From contig CAJXYJ010000002.1 of the NCBI GenBank assembly GCA_913063255.1, positions 7,069 through 71,068 of the forward strand: 64,000 nt of DNA. The letters run 5' to 3'. Made by a program: the position numbers and the translations under genes. Below the pieces are notes generated by a model, which did not search any database, had not been told where the DNA came from, and was given only the letters and a program-made list of their open reading frames with translations. Source of the stretch: an uncultured Flavobacteriales bacterium. GTDB taxonomy: Bacteria > Bacteroidota > Bacteroidia > Flavobacteriales > Flavobacteriaceae. This document shows, one piece after another, positions 9,954 through 19,292 of the stretch. Numbering within the stretch: position 1 is the stretch's first letter; each line of letters starts with the position of its first letter.

Positions 9954-10787
9954 ATGAAGAATAGAATAACTAAATTGAGAAATTATAATTCATTTTATAC
10001 ATGTCTTATAGTGCTTATTTTAACATCCAGCTGCATTAATATAAATGCACAAGGTCTTCAAAGCAGGATTGAGACGAATCACAAAATTTATATCCCTAAA
10101 GGTAATGGTCCCTTTCCTGTTGTTATTGCCATTGCAGGTTGTAGTGGGGTTTCATTAAATGGACCAGAAACAGACGCTGGAAGACCAGGAGATGAAGGAG
10201 ATTGGCTTTTTAGAAGGCATTACCCACGAATGGCACAAAGGCTGCAAGAAGAAGGGGTCATGGTTTTTTTAATTGATTATCTTACCGCTGAAGGTGTATC
10301 TAATACATGCAGAGGGGAGATTCCTCCAGAAAGAGTAGGTGAATATATTAAGGAAGTAATTTCATTTATAAAAAAGAATCCTAAAGCTGATACAACTAGA
10401 ATTAATGTAATAGGATGGTCACATGGAGGGTCTGGTGTGTTGGAGTGGTTATCTAGTTTAGAAGAAGAGCCAATAGGAGTCCAATCAGCAATTACAGTTT
10501 ATCCAGGATGTAGTACAAGTAGTCCATGGGAATCTACACTTCCTGTGTTAATGATTCTAGGAGAAGAAGATGATATAGCACGTCCAAAAGTTTGTAAGAA
10601 CTTAATCGAATCTTTATCTAATCAAACTAATGTAAAAGTATTAAGTTATCCTAATGCCCGTCATGGATTTGACTTTACTGAAGGTCCAATTGAATTATCT
10701 GTGGGCAATGGCTTAACTGTTGGGAGAAATCAAGAAGCAGGAAATAAAGCATGGCAAGAAATATTTGCTTTTCTTAAGCTGAATTAA
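9954..10787 (+). CDS. Dienelactone-hydrolase-like alpha/beta hydrolase, probably exported
   Basis: GWSHGG nucleophile elbow, GEEDD acid, ARHGFD histidine; hydrophobic N-terminus. Confidence 0.85.
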   Translation: MKNRITKLRNYNSFYTCLIVLILTSSCININAQGLQSRIETNHKIYIPKGNGPFPVVIAIAGCSGVSLNGPETDAGRPGDEGDWLFRRHYPRMAQRLQEEGVMVFLIDYLTAEGVSNTCRGEIPPERVGEYIKEVISFIKKNPKADTTRINVIGWSHGGSGVLEWLSSLEEEPIGVQSAITVYPGCSTSSPWESTLPVLMILGEEDDIARPKVCKNLIESLSNQTNVKVLSYPNARHGFDFTEGPIELSVGNGLTVGRNQEAGNKAWQEIFAFLKLN

Positions 10788-10811
10788 AATAATTTATTAT
10801 TAGAACAATTG

Positions 10812-10878
10812 GGTTAGTTTTGGAAGAATTGTTCAGATGAAAGTTAGTTTGGAAATGGAGATATAGAAAGGGAAGTGA
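10812..10878 (+). pseudogene. Degenerate integrase 3'-end fragment
   Basis: TAGTTTTGGAAGAATTGTTCAGATGAAAGTTAGTTTGGAAATGGA aligns to integrase nt ~8313-8380. Confidence 0.7.
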
Positions 10879-10967
10879 TGTACTTCCCTTTTTAAATGCT
10901 GTAATTTTAAAACACATGGTTTTTAAATCTGCTAATATAATAATCAAGTAGATGATTACTTGTTGAA

Positions 10968-11240
10968 TTATTCAGCAGTAACTGGGTCAATGATTGTTGA
11001 AACTTTGTTTATAGCTTCATAATTAAACCCACCTTGTTTGGCATGTTCTTTAATCATGTTTTTATTAGGAGCATTAAAAACACAATAGATTTTGTCTGTC
11101 GTAACATAACTATGAACCCATTGTATTTGAGGTCCTAATTCTTCCAATACATTACATGATGTTTGTGAAATCTCTTTTAATTCCTCAGAAGTCAAGTTTT
11201 CTGCTCCTGGTGTTTCTCTTTCAATTACATATTTTGGCAT
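10968..11240 (-). CDS. DUF4242 family protein
   Basis: MPKYVIER...IQWVHSYVT.DKIYCVF.AP....IKEHA..GGF pattern. Confidence 0.85.
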   Translation of the reverse strand: MPKYVIERETPGAENLTSEELKEISQTSCNVLEELGPQIQWVHSYVTTDKIYCVFNAPNKNMIKEHAKQGGFNYEAINKVSTIIDPVTAE

Positions 11241-11420
11241 AATATCAATATTTAATTTCCTACTCTTGTGGCTTTTCAGATTCGCCCCGTTTTTTATGGT
11301 CTCTGGCTTCCATTTTTATCTTATTAAAATACTGTATTTCAGGTTGTATTTTACTCACAAATAACGTTTGTGTGAAGGGTTAGTGAGATTATATCTCATA
11401 TAAGTTGTTGTAATCTTTTT

Positions 11421-11846
11421 TTAATTTAACAACTTAGATTCATGATGATGCGCCTCTAGCCACTCTCCTTTTGTCCAAACCCATACAGCGGAAACTCTCC
11501 ATAACCCAGATTCTTCTCCATAATACCCATCTAGATAAAATAATGCAACCCCTACATTATCATATATCTGGGCACTAAAATGTTTCATGGTAACATTAGG
11601 TTTTGAATAATTGAAAGTAGCACCCATTTTTTCATAGGTTTCATGCCAACCAGGTTCATATAAAGCCTTGCCATTCCCAAAGAATATTGAAAATTCAGGA
11701 AGGTGATGAGATAGAAGAGTTTCAACTTCATCAGCATGAATAGCAGTGTAATGTTCTTGAATTCTTTCTTTTAGACTTTCTGCAGTTTGTGCAAACGAAA
11801 GGGTGGTGATTAAAATTAGTACTAAGGAACTAAATAAAGCTTTCAT
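11421..11846 (-). CDS. Secreted NTF2/SnoaL-like protein
   Basis: Signal peptide; C-terminal RVSAVWV...W...H.HES strand motif. Confidence 0.7.
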   Translation of the reverse strand: MKALFSSLVLILITTLSFAQTAESLKERIQEHYTAIHADEVETLLSHHLPEFSIFFGNGKALYEPGWHETYEKMGATFNYSKPNVTMKHFSAQIYDNVGVALFYLDGYYGEESGLWRVSAVWVWTKGEWLEAHHHESKLLN

Positions 11847-12005
11847 AATAAATGATTTAAAAGCAGGAGTAGAATAAGGAAAGGTGGTTGAGGAGGGGTA
11901 AAGAGTTCAATATAAGAATATTACAACATAAAACCAAACAATTCAATAGTTGAATAAAAGGATATCTAGAATATCTAATTTATAAAAACCTAAAACTTAA
12001 ATAAG

Positions 12006-12443
12006 ATGAATATAATTAAAGAAATAAAACTAAGTTATTCCAAGAATGGAATAGAAAACATTAAAATAACAGACAGTAATAGTGCTTATCAAATTTTCCT
12101 TGATAATTGGGATATGGATACTATTGAATTACAGGAAGAATTTAAAGTGCTATTACTGAATCGTGCAAATATTATACTAGGAATCTATAACTTATCTAAA
12201 GGAGGGGTATCAGGAACTATGGTAGATAGTAAACTACTGTTAGCCTCTGCTATTAAAGCTAATGCTTCTTCTATAATCATAGCTCATAATCATCCCTCTG
12301 GGAACTTAAAGCCTAGTGAGTGTGATAAAAGGCTAACTAAAAAGATTAAGGAAGGGGCAAAGCTTTTAGATATTACTTTATTAGACCACTTAATTGTTAC
12401 TAAGGATGGTTTTTATAGTTTTATTGATGATGATGAACTATGA
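12006..12443 (+). CDS. RadC-like JAB domain protein
   Basis: QEEFKVLLLNRAN, AHNHPSGNLKPS..D, LLDHLIV; a standalone JAB domain is typical of mobile elements. Confidence 0.92.
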   Translation: MNIIKEIKLSYSKNGIENIKITDSNSAYQIFLDNWDMDTIELQEEFKVLLLNRANIILGIYNLSKGGVSGTMVDSKLLLASAIKANASSIIIAHNHPSGNLKPSECDKRLTKKIKEGAKLLDITLLDHLIVTKDGFYSFIDDDEL

Positions 12444-12606
12444 ACAAAAAAGTATGACAAGTATTATATTGATTTAATTTTTATATATTTACAACTCTCC
12501 CTAGTTAATTAAGTAAAAAAAAATGCAAGTTTTAGACTGTGTAGAATTTACTAGAAATTTTATGCAGTAATAACTTTATTCTTAATTTTTAAAATTTTAA
12601 TTACTT

Positions 12607-14172
12607 ATGAGAACTACTACTATTACTTTATTACTATTATTTATTACATCTATCACATTTTCACAAGAAGGTTATATAGAATGCGCAACACAAGATAATA
12701 ACGACCCAGTTCCTTCCGGGGTTTATAGTTACTCAACAGATCCAACCTCTTATCTTGAAGGTGATCCTGTAGTACTCAATGTAAAGTTTTGGAAAGTAAA
12801 TGATTCAAACGGAGATTTTTATGCAGATTTTAGTGAAGATAAATTACTAGAAGGCATTGCTAAGTTAAATATAAGTTTTAACCAATACAATATTTTTTTT
12901 AAATATAGAGGATGGGAAGATTTAAACAGCCCAGCAGATTTACCCGATATACGTAGGGAATGTATACCTGATGACCCCAATTATCCTGATGGTGATTGTA
13001 CATGGGGATGTAAAGATTATGCAATCACTGATCCAAATGGATATTCTATATTAGATTATTGCCAAGCATTGGGTGAGGATAGCTTGTTTGTTTTTGCAAG
13101 AGATAACGGGTTAAGAGATACCTCTGCGATGAATATTTATGTCACTTCCTGGAATGTAGGGTTTGGTAATGTAGCTGGAGGTATTGGTCATAATCAATTA
13201 GTGGTTAAAGTAGGCTCTTTAAATGAAAAAGGGATGACCCACGAAATGGGACATGTCTTGGGCTTAGGTCATACCCGGTCTATTCATGAACATGTAACAA
13301 GAGATATTACAGATCCTAATTATAATGCTTCATGTGTAGGAGTCACTATAAACTGTAAAGGAGATTACATTCATGATACGGCTGCAAACCCAGGGTTTAG
13401 ACAATGTGATTCCAATGGCGAATATTGCTACCCTTGGATAATGGAAAATTGTACTTATAACCCAGATAGTCCTGAGGAGGATAATAGTATTCCCCCTGAA
13501 CCATATGCAGGCGCTATATTTCCTGAAGATGTTATCAATGTCATGGGAAATGCTTATGACTGTATGGTCGATGATTCTTTTACCCCCGGACAGGTGAATT
13601 GGATGCATGAAACCATAGAATATGATGCTGAGGTACAAGCCACCGTAACCACTGTTGCTTCCTTATACGAGCCTTATAAAGGGGAATATCCTGAATATTA
13701 CCCTTATCCCGAACCCTGGGAACTGCCATTGTTTCAACCTGGTTTTGCATATTTTTTTGTAGCCTGTGATGGAGAATACCCACAACCTGCACCTTATGGC
13801 GAATTGTTTTATTATGATCTAAGCAATACCCTGTTTTCTGTAAATAGTGACGAAACGGCTTATAACACCATCATACACCCTAACCATTCGGCAATCGTTT
13901 TAAAACCGGTATCAATATCAGAAAATGACGAAGTATTTAAACAGCCCCAAAAATGCTATAATAATTATAGCAGCCCTCCCGTTATTGGAGGTACTATTAT
14001 TAAATTTAACGATAATGTTCTTAATACCAATGTGACTATCACCGAGCAGGATTCTATCAGTATTAATGATACAGAATTAATAGAGAATTTACAGCCAGGG
14101 CTCTATAATATTATTAAAAATTATAATAATGGTGAGACCCAGGAAAATGTTATCTTAAAAGAGGATAATTAA
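12607..14172 (+). CDS. Secreted zinc metalloprotease (metzincin, M43-like)
   Basis: HEMGHVLGLGHT zinc motif, Met-turn NVM followed by FTPGQ..WM, signal peptide, T9SS-CTD-like tail. Confidence 0.8.
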   Translation: MRTTTITLLLLFITSITFSQEGYIECATQDNNDPVPSGVYSYSTDPTSYLEGDPVVLNVKFWKVNDSNGDFYADFSEDKLLEGIAKLNISFNQYNIFFKYRGWEDLNSPADLPDIRRECIPDDPNYPDGDCTWGCKDYAITDPNGYSILDYCQALGEDSLFVFARDNGLRDTSAMNIYVTSWNVGFGNVAGGIGHNQLVVKVGSLNEKGMTHEMGHVLGLGHTRSIHEHVTRDITDPNYNASCVGVTINCKGDYIHDTAANPGFRQCDSNGEYCYPWIMENCTYNPDSPEEDNSIPPEPYAGAIFPEDVINVMGNAYDCMVDDSFTPGQVNWMHETIEYDAEVQATVTTVASLYEPYKGEYPEYYPYPEPWELPLFQPGFAYFFVACDGEYPQPAPYGELFYYDLSNTLFSVNSDETAYNTIIHPNHSAIVLKPVSISENDEVFKQPQKCYNNYSSPPVIGGTIIKFNDNVLNTNVTITEQDSISINDTELIENLQPGLYNIIKNYNNGETQENVILKEDN

Positions 14173-14233
14173 TTAATTAATTGTAAAACCTGCCTTGGTT
14201 GCTTATATTAGTAACCAAAGTTATTTAAATATT

Positions 14234-15592
14234 ATGATAAAAAATATTTTTTTATTGCTATTATTAGCTCCCTTTATAGGTAAAGCACAAACTGGTTTTG
14301 GAGAGGCACAGTCTATTGGTGATGATTTTCAAACAACGAAAGTTTATGCAGCAGATTTAGATAATGATGGCGATATAGATGTATTGGCATCTGGTTGGAA
14401 TTATGACACTATTGCTTGGTATGAAAATTTAGATGGACTAGGGAATTTTGGTACTGTAAACTATGTAGATCAAAACATAGATGCTACACAATCCCTTAGT
14501 ACAGCAGATTTTGATGGGGATGGCGATGAAGATATTTTAGCAACATCAACTGGAGATGACAAAGTGGTCTGGTATGAAAATTTAGATGGCCTTGGGGGTT
14601 TTAGCACGGCACATATTATAGACAATAATGCAATAAGTGCCAAACAGGCTTTGGCAGCAGATATTGATAATGATAACGATATGGATGTGGTTGTTGCTAT
14701 ACGTGATGAAAGCAAAGTGGCTTGGTACGAAAATCTAGATGGTCAAGGTACTTTTAGTGCCGAAAAAATAATTACCAGTACTGCCACAGGAGTGTACCAG
14801 ATAGATATAGCAGATCTTGATGGAGATGGCTTTTTAGATGTATTGACAAACTCCTCTAGTATAGGTTATCCCTCCTGGTTTAAAAATTTAGATGGACTGG
14901 GGAATTTTGGTGCTGAAAATATTATTGATTTAATTGGAACATTTGAGGTAATTGCGGCTGATGTAGATGGGGACAACGATCAAGATCTTTTTAAAATGGA
15001 GTCTACAGGGGGGCTACATACGGTGCATTGGTTAGAAAATACAGATGGAGCAGGAAATTTTATGCAAAAACAAACAATTTCAAATTATAATTCTAATAGG
15101 GATTTATATGCTGTGGATATAGATAATGATGGAGATAATGATCTATTGGTAACTTATGTTGGGGATGGTAAAATTACCTGGTTCGAAAATTTAGATGGTT
15201 TGGGTACATTTGGAGATAGAAAAATAATAGAAGATTTAGCTTCTATTAGCATCGTTGCAGCAGATATAGATGGAGATGGGTATAAAGATGTTGTCACAAG
15301 AATTAATCAATCACAAGTAGTTTGGTATAAAAACATTACTTATTTAGATATAAATGACCATAATTTACAAAACATTACTTTAGTGCCAAACCCTACTAAT
15401 GGTACTATAAACATACAAAATATTAGCCTGCCTATTAAAAGCATAGCGGTTTATAATATCATTGGTAAATTAGTTTTATCACAAAAAAACACTAACAATA
15501 GTATAGATATGTCCACCTTACAAAGGGGGTTATATTTAGTTACGATAGAAACCTTAGATGGTATGATGATAAAAAAAGTGGTAAAGGAATAA
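14234..15592 (+). CDS. FG-GAP/VCBS repeat protein with T9SS type A sorting domain
   Basis: Repeated D.D.DGD.D...W.EN.DG.G.F units; C-terminal PNPT...GLYLV...KKVVKE. ATG at 14234 preferred over the TTG start. Confidence 0.88.
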   Translation: MIKNIFLLLLLAPFIGKAQTGFGEAQSIGDDFQTTKVYAADLDNDGDIDVLASGWNYDTIAWYENLDGLGNFGTVNYVDQNIDATQSLSTADFDGDGDEDILATSTGDDKVVWYENLDGLGGFSTAHIIDNNAISAKQALAADIDNDNDMDVVVAIRDESKVAWYENLDGQGTFSAEKIITSTATGVYQIDIADLDGDGFLDVLTNSSSIGYPSWFKNLDGLGNFGAENIIDLIGTFEVIAADVDGDNDQDLFKMESTGGLHTVHWLENTDGAGNFMQKQTISNYNSNRDLYAVDIDNDGDNDLLVTYVGDGKITWFENLDGLGTFGDRKIIEDLASISIVAADIDGDGYKDVVTRINQSQVVWYKNITYLDINDHNLQNITLVPNPTNGTINIQNISLPIKSIAVYNIIGKLVLSQKNTNNSIDMSTLQRGLYLVTIETLDGMMIKKVVKE

Positions 15593-15648
15593 CATAAAAT
15601 AAAGACAAGTACATCTTCTAATTATAATATTTTTCTTACATTTACATT

Positions 15649-15828
15649 CTCCCTAGTTATTTCAAGCAAATTAAACTACCCTATTTAAGGGAATGCTATT
15701 ATTATGGAAAAAACCAAAGTATCAATTATAAAAATAACTCAAGGGGAGACTATTTAGGAATGTATTTATCGACTTATATTTTATTATCTCCCAACCCCGT
15801 CTAGTTTAATTACTGGATGGGGGTTTTT
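15649..15828 (+). ncRNA. Candidate small RNA (closing stem plus terminator)
   Basis: CTCCCTAGTTATTT can pair with AAATAACTCAAGGGGAG; followed by a CCCCGTCTAGT...ACTGGATGGGG hairpin and T-run. Confidence 0.35.
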
Positions 15829-15928
15829 ATTGAAATAAGGATTTTATGAAGCAATAAATACTTATTTAAAATAAAAATCACAAAATGTGCACTTATTCCT
15901 ACGTTGTAAATAATTTAATAAAAAACAT

Positions 15929-16198
15929 ATGAAACATTTTACATTTGAACTAAATGAAAAAATTGATAAGGGAACCTTTAATGAATCATTAGATGATGCA
16001 AAAACCTCAATTGCAGCTGAAAATGGACCTGTTGAATTTGAAGTAACTGAAAATATTATAAATAAAATATTTAATGATTATACTGGTGTATTTGAGAAGT
16101 ATAGAATACTTAAAGATGGTATATTAATAGGGTTTTTAGAGGCATTTGTAGATAATAATCTGGAATATATAAACATTTATACAAGTCCAATAAATTAA
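15929..16198 (+). CDS. Hypothetical protein (cassette gene)
   Basis: 89-aa ORF starting just after the GTTGTAA site at 15903. Confidence 0.6.
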   Translation: MKHFTFELNEKIDKGTFNESLDDAKTSIAAENGPVEFEVTENIINKIFNDYTGVFEKYRILKDGILIGFLEAFVDNNLEYINIYTSPIN

Positions 16199-16209
16199 TA
16201 CACTTATAT

Positions 16210-16887
16210 ATGATTTGCCCACATTGCTCAACAGTAGTCAAATTTGAATGGTATTGTTCAGATTCGTTTGAAATAGAGGAAGAATACGATATTGGTAAGC
16301 AGTTATTTTATTCAGCGTGCCTGAACTGTTCGAAATTAGTTGTAATTCTTAAAAAAGGGGAATTAGAAGAAATAGATATTATAGGTGGTCTTAGAGTTAG
16401 AAATGTAGAATGGGAAAAAATTATTTATCCTAAAAAATCAAACTTTCAAAATTCTCAAGACATTCCAGATTTATATCTAGAAGATTATGAAGAAGCAATT
16501 AAAGTATTATCCGCAAGTCCAAAAGCATCTGCTGCTTTAAGTCGAAGACTACTACAAAGTCTATTAAGAGATAAGTTTGACATTAAAGAGAAAACTCTAG
16601 CCCAAGAAATTCAAAAATTTATAGAAAAAGAAGGAATACCTAGTCATTTAACAGATGCTATTGATGCAGTACGAAATATTGGAAATTTTGCTGCTCATCC
16701 AACTAAAAATAAAAATACTGGAGAAATTGTTCCTGTCAAAAATGGAGAAGCAGAATGGTTAATTGAAGTTATAGAAGCTCTTTTTGATTTTGTATTTATT
16801 CAACCAATTAAATTGGAAAGACGTAGAAAGGAACTAAATATAAAATTGAACGAAATTGGAAAACCACCAATGAAAGAGAAAAAATAA
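16210..16887 (+). CDS. DUF4145 (HEPN-like) protein with N-terminal zinc ribbon
   Basis: CPHC and CLNC pairs; SPKASAALSRRLLQ and VRNIGNFAAH (R-x-GN-xxH). Confidence 0.85.
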   Translation: MICPHCSTVVKFEWYCSDSFEIEEEYDIGKQLFYSACLNCSKLVVILKKGELEEIDIIGGLRVRNVEWEKIIYPKKSNFQNSQDIPDLYLEDYEEAIKVLSASPKASAALSRRLLQSLLRDKFDIKEKTLAQEIQKFIEKEGIPSHLTDAIDAVRNIGNFAAHPTKNKNTGEIVPVKNGEAEWLIEVIEALFDFVFIQPIKLERRRKELNIKLNEIGKPPMKEKK

Positions 16888-16894
16888 AACCTAT

Positions 16895-17026
16895 GCACAA
16901 CACCGAATATAATTTATTGCTAGTTCTAGCTTACTTATGAAAATCCTCGTGGATTTTCTATTCGGTTTGTATTTGCTAAATTAGGTGTTTATCTAACGTA
17001 ACTAATCTTATATAAAGACGTTACTT
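16895..17026 (+). repeat. attC-like recombination site
   Basis: Starts GCACAAC just after a stop codon, ends GTTACTT just before the next start; central palindrome GAAAATCC-TCGT-GGATTTTC (16939-16958). Confidence 0.6.
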
Positions 17027-17038
17027 CACATTTGAAAA

Positions 17039-17902
17039 ATGACATTAGTAGTAGGAAGAATCACACAAGGAGGAATTAGAATTGATAGCGATTCTAAAAT
17101 TACTAATCCGAATGAAGCTTCAAATCAAAACAATATCTTCTCTGGTCTACTAAAAACAATTGTACTAAATCCGAATATTTCTGTTTCCTATGCTGGAGGA
17201 GTTGAAACTGCTCAATTGGCAATAGAAGAACTCTATAAGTTAGGAAATTTTGATATTTTTAAAGTAAAATCTAAACTCCTAGAAATAAATAAAGATTGTA
17301 AATCAGAAACTGACTTTTTGATTGCAACATTAGAAAATCAACCTTTACTTTATAAAATTTCGAAAGGAGAAATTTCTATATCTAACTCATTTCATTGGAT
17401 TGGAGATATAAAGGGTTTTAATTTATTTCAGAGTGAATTTTTACCAAATCTAAAAAGTACTAACTCAAAACATATTTGGAGTGTTCATTCAAAAGCATTT
17501 GATAAAGTAATCGAAAATTCCCAAATAGAGAGTGTTGGAGGTTTCCACGTAACAGTTCATCGGACAAATTTTGGTCTAGAATATATGTTCACCACTAATA
17601 TTTCTTCAGGTAGACCTCAAACGTTGGAATTAAAGCAAGGAACCAACGTTTTACCTTGGGGCGATGCAGGAACTGGAACATATTCTGCATGTTATTTAAA
17701 ATCTGATAATCCCTTCAAACCCGCTATCGGAATTCACTTTCCAATAGGTGATTTTGGCACATTATACTATCCACGTTTAAGTAGAGAAGTTATAATGTAT
17801 AAGGATGTAAATGGATTTGAATTTGCAGATAAAGTTATGACCGACTATAAAATAAAGCTTATAGGAATGATTAAAAATGGTGAATATTTAACAAGAATCT
17901 GA
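17039..17902 (+). CDS. Putative proteasome-beta/HslV-like Ntn-fold protein
   Basis: After Met removal: Thr1, Asp17, Ser18, Thr21; then LK..LNPNISVSYAGG and a later SVGG motif. Confidence 0.55.
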   Translation: MTLVVGRITQGGIRIDSDSKITNPNEASNQNNIFSGLLKTIVLNPNISVSYAGGVETAQLAIEELYKLGNFDIFKVKSKLLEINKDCKSETDFLIATLENQPLLYKISKGEISISNSFHWIGDIKGFNLFQSEFLPNLKSTNSKHIWSVHSKAFDKVIENSQIESVGGFHVTVHRTNFGLEYMFTTNISSGRPQTLELKQGTNVLPWGDAGTGTYSACYLKSDNPFKPAIGIHFPIGDFGTLYYPRLSREVIMYKDVNGFEFADKVMTDYKIKLIGMIKNGEYLTRI

Positions 17903-18014
17903 TAAAAAACAAGAGGTAACAAAGAACTGAGCTAAAAAACAAGCTATAAATCATCATTGCCAAGTTGACAACTTTTATTTTCAAGTACGGTATTTACTAT
18001 AATTACTGGAATGT

Positions 18015-18239
18015 TTAAAATTCAAAAAGAACAGAAATATCTACATTTAGAGCTTTAGCGATTTCATTTATTGTACCAATAGATGTATTGATAACACCTC
18101 TTTCAATTCTACTTATCTGAGAAATCTCTATGCCAATATCATTTGCAAGATTTTCTTGAGTAAAACCTTTATGTGTTCTAACCTTTTTTAGGTTTTTGCC
18201 AAACTTAATTAGAAACTCTGAATTCTTTATATTATCCAC
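18015..18239 (-). CDS. XRE-family HTH regulator
   Basis: R..KGFTQENLA..IGI..SQISRIERG. Confidence 0.92.
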   Translation of the reverse strand: MDNIKNSEFLIKFGKNLKKVRTHKGFTQENLANDIGIEISQISRIERGVINTSIGTINEIAKALNVDISVLFEF

Positions 18240-18269
18240 ACAATAAAAGTCGTGGAGTTCTCATTTAAT

Positions 18270-18293
18270 AATATAGGCAAATATGCCTATATT
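18270..18293. promoter_or_regulatory. Palindromic operator, probably for the XRE protein
   Basis: AATATAGGCA-AATA-TGCCTATATT, perfect 10-bp arms, between divergent genes. Confidence 0.6.
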
Positions 18294-18333
18294 CATTTTT
18301 TATTTAATAAGTTTAACCAATAAATTTAATATT

Positions 18334-19143
18334 ATGAAAAACCTAAATCTTATACTCCTAGCAGCTTTTGCACTAATACTTTACTCTTGCTCAAGTGATG
18401 ATGATAACAACAATATCGACAATGGTAATGGGGATATACCTAGTGGAGAATTATTTATAAAGAAAATAGAAAGTCCTCACTGGAATAATGAATCTGATAT
18501 ATTTCATTACGAAAACGATATATTGAAATTTATAGAATACTGTGAAAACTACAATAATGTTTCGTATTTTGAGTATAATGGTTCAAATAAAGTTTCCAAA
18601 GAATATCAATTTGTTGATGAAAATTTTGATGTTAATACAGTTAATATAGACGCTGTTATTAATGACCCTGAGACAAATGTGAATGAGTATATTTACGAAG
18701 ATGGCAAAGCAATTAGAATAGATATTAATGGCTCTCCAAATACTTTTTTCTCTTACAATGAAAATGGCTTGTTAATTCATATTTCAGAAAATTATTATCC
18801 AAATAACTCTTATTTAATTCATTATGAGGATAATAAAATCACTCAAATAGCACAGACATATTTTGGTGATACTGTTATACACACCTATGTGTTTGACGAT
18901 AAAATAAGTCCTATTTATGAGTTATTTAATCATTATGGAATACTTGTTTATTCTAATTGTATTGGTTATAGGGACTTTCAGTTACTTTATAAGTATCCAC
19001 TTTTTAAAAATAATGTATTAACAAAAACAGTTGATGGAAATTCAAAAATCGCAAATTATCTTTATCTTGAAAATAACCGTCCAGAAGCTATTATTATGAC
19101 AGATTGGACAGGTACTCAATATTCTGAATTTTTCACATATTAG
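18334..19143 (+). CDS. Hypothetical lipoprotein
   Basis: MKNLNLILLAAFALILYSC lipobox followed by SSDDD; the ORF track start at 18283 lies inside the operator. Confidence 0.75.
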   Translation: MKNLNLILLAAFALILYSCSSDDDNNNIDNGNGDIPSGELFIKKIESPHWNNESDIFHYENDILKFIEYCENYNNVSYFEYNGSNKVSKEYQFVDENFDVNTVNIDAVINDPETNVNEYIYEDGKAIRIDINGSPNTFFSYNENGLLIHISENYYPNNSYLIHYEDNKITQIAQTYFGDTVIHTYVFDDKISPIYELFNHYGILVYSNCIGYRDFQLLYKYPLFKNNVLTKTVDGNSKIANYLYLENNRPEAIIMTDWTGTQYSEFFTY

Positions 19144-19292
19144 ATAAATTTCCTAATTAGTTTATGAAAAATAACTTGGCAAGTTGGCATCGCCTAAAAG
19201 CCAACTTTTTTGACAACATTTAATTTTAAATAATCAAAAATGAAACCAATCATTCAGAGGAGTTTAATACAATAGAAAGTATTAACAATTAT

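Noticed and set aside
11257-11296. GC-richer leader GGGGCGAATCTGAAAAGCCACAAGAGTAGG upstream of DUF4242 (minus strand) as a riboswitch
   Set aside because: Single copy, no convincing fold and no match to a family I can name; needs an Rfam search.
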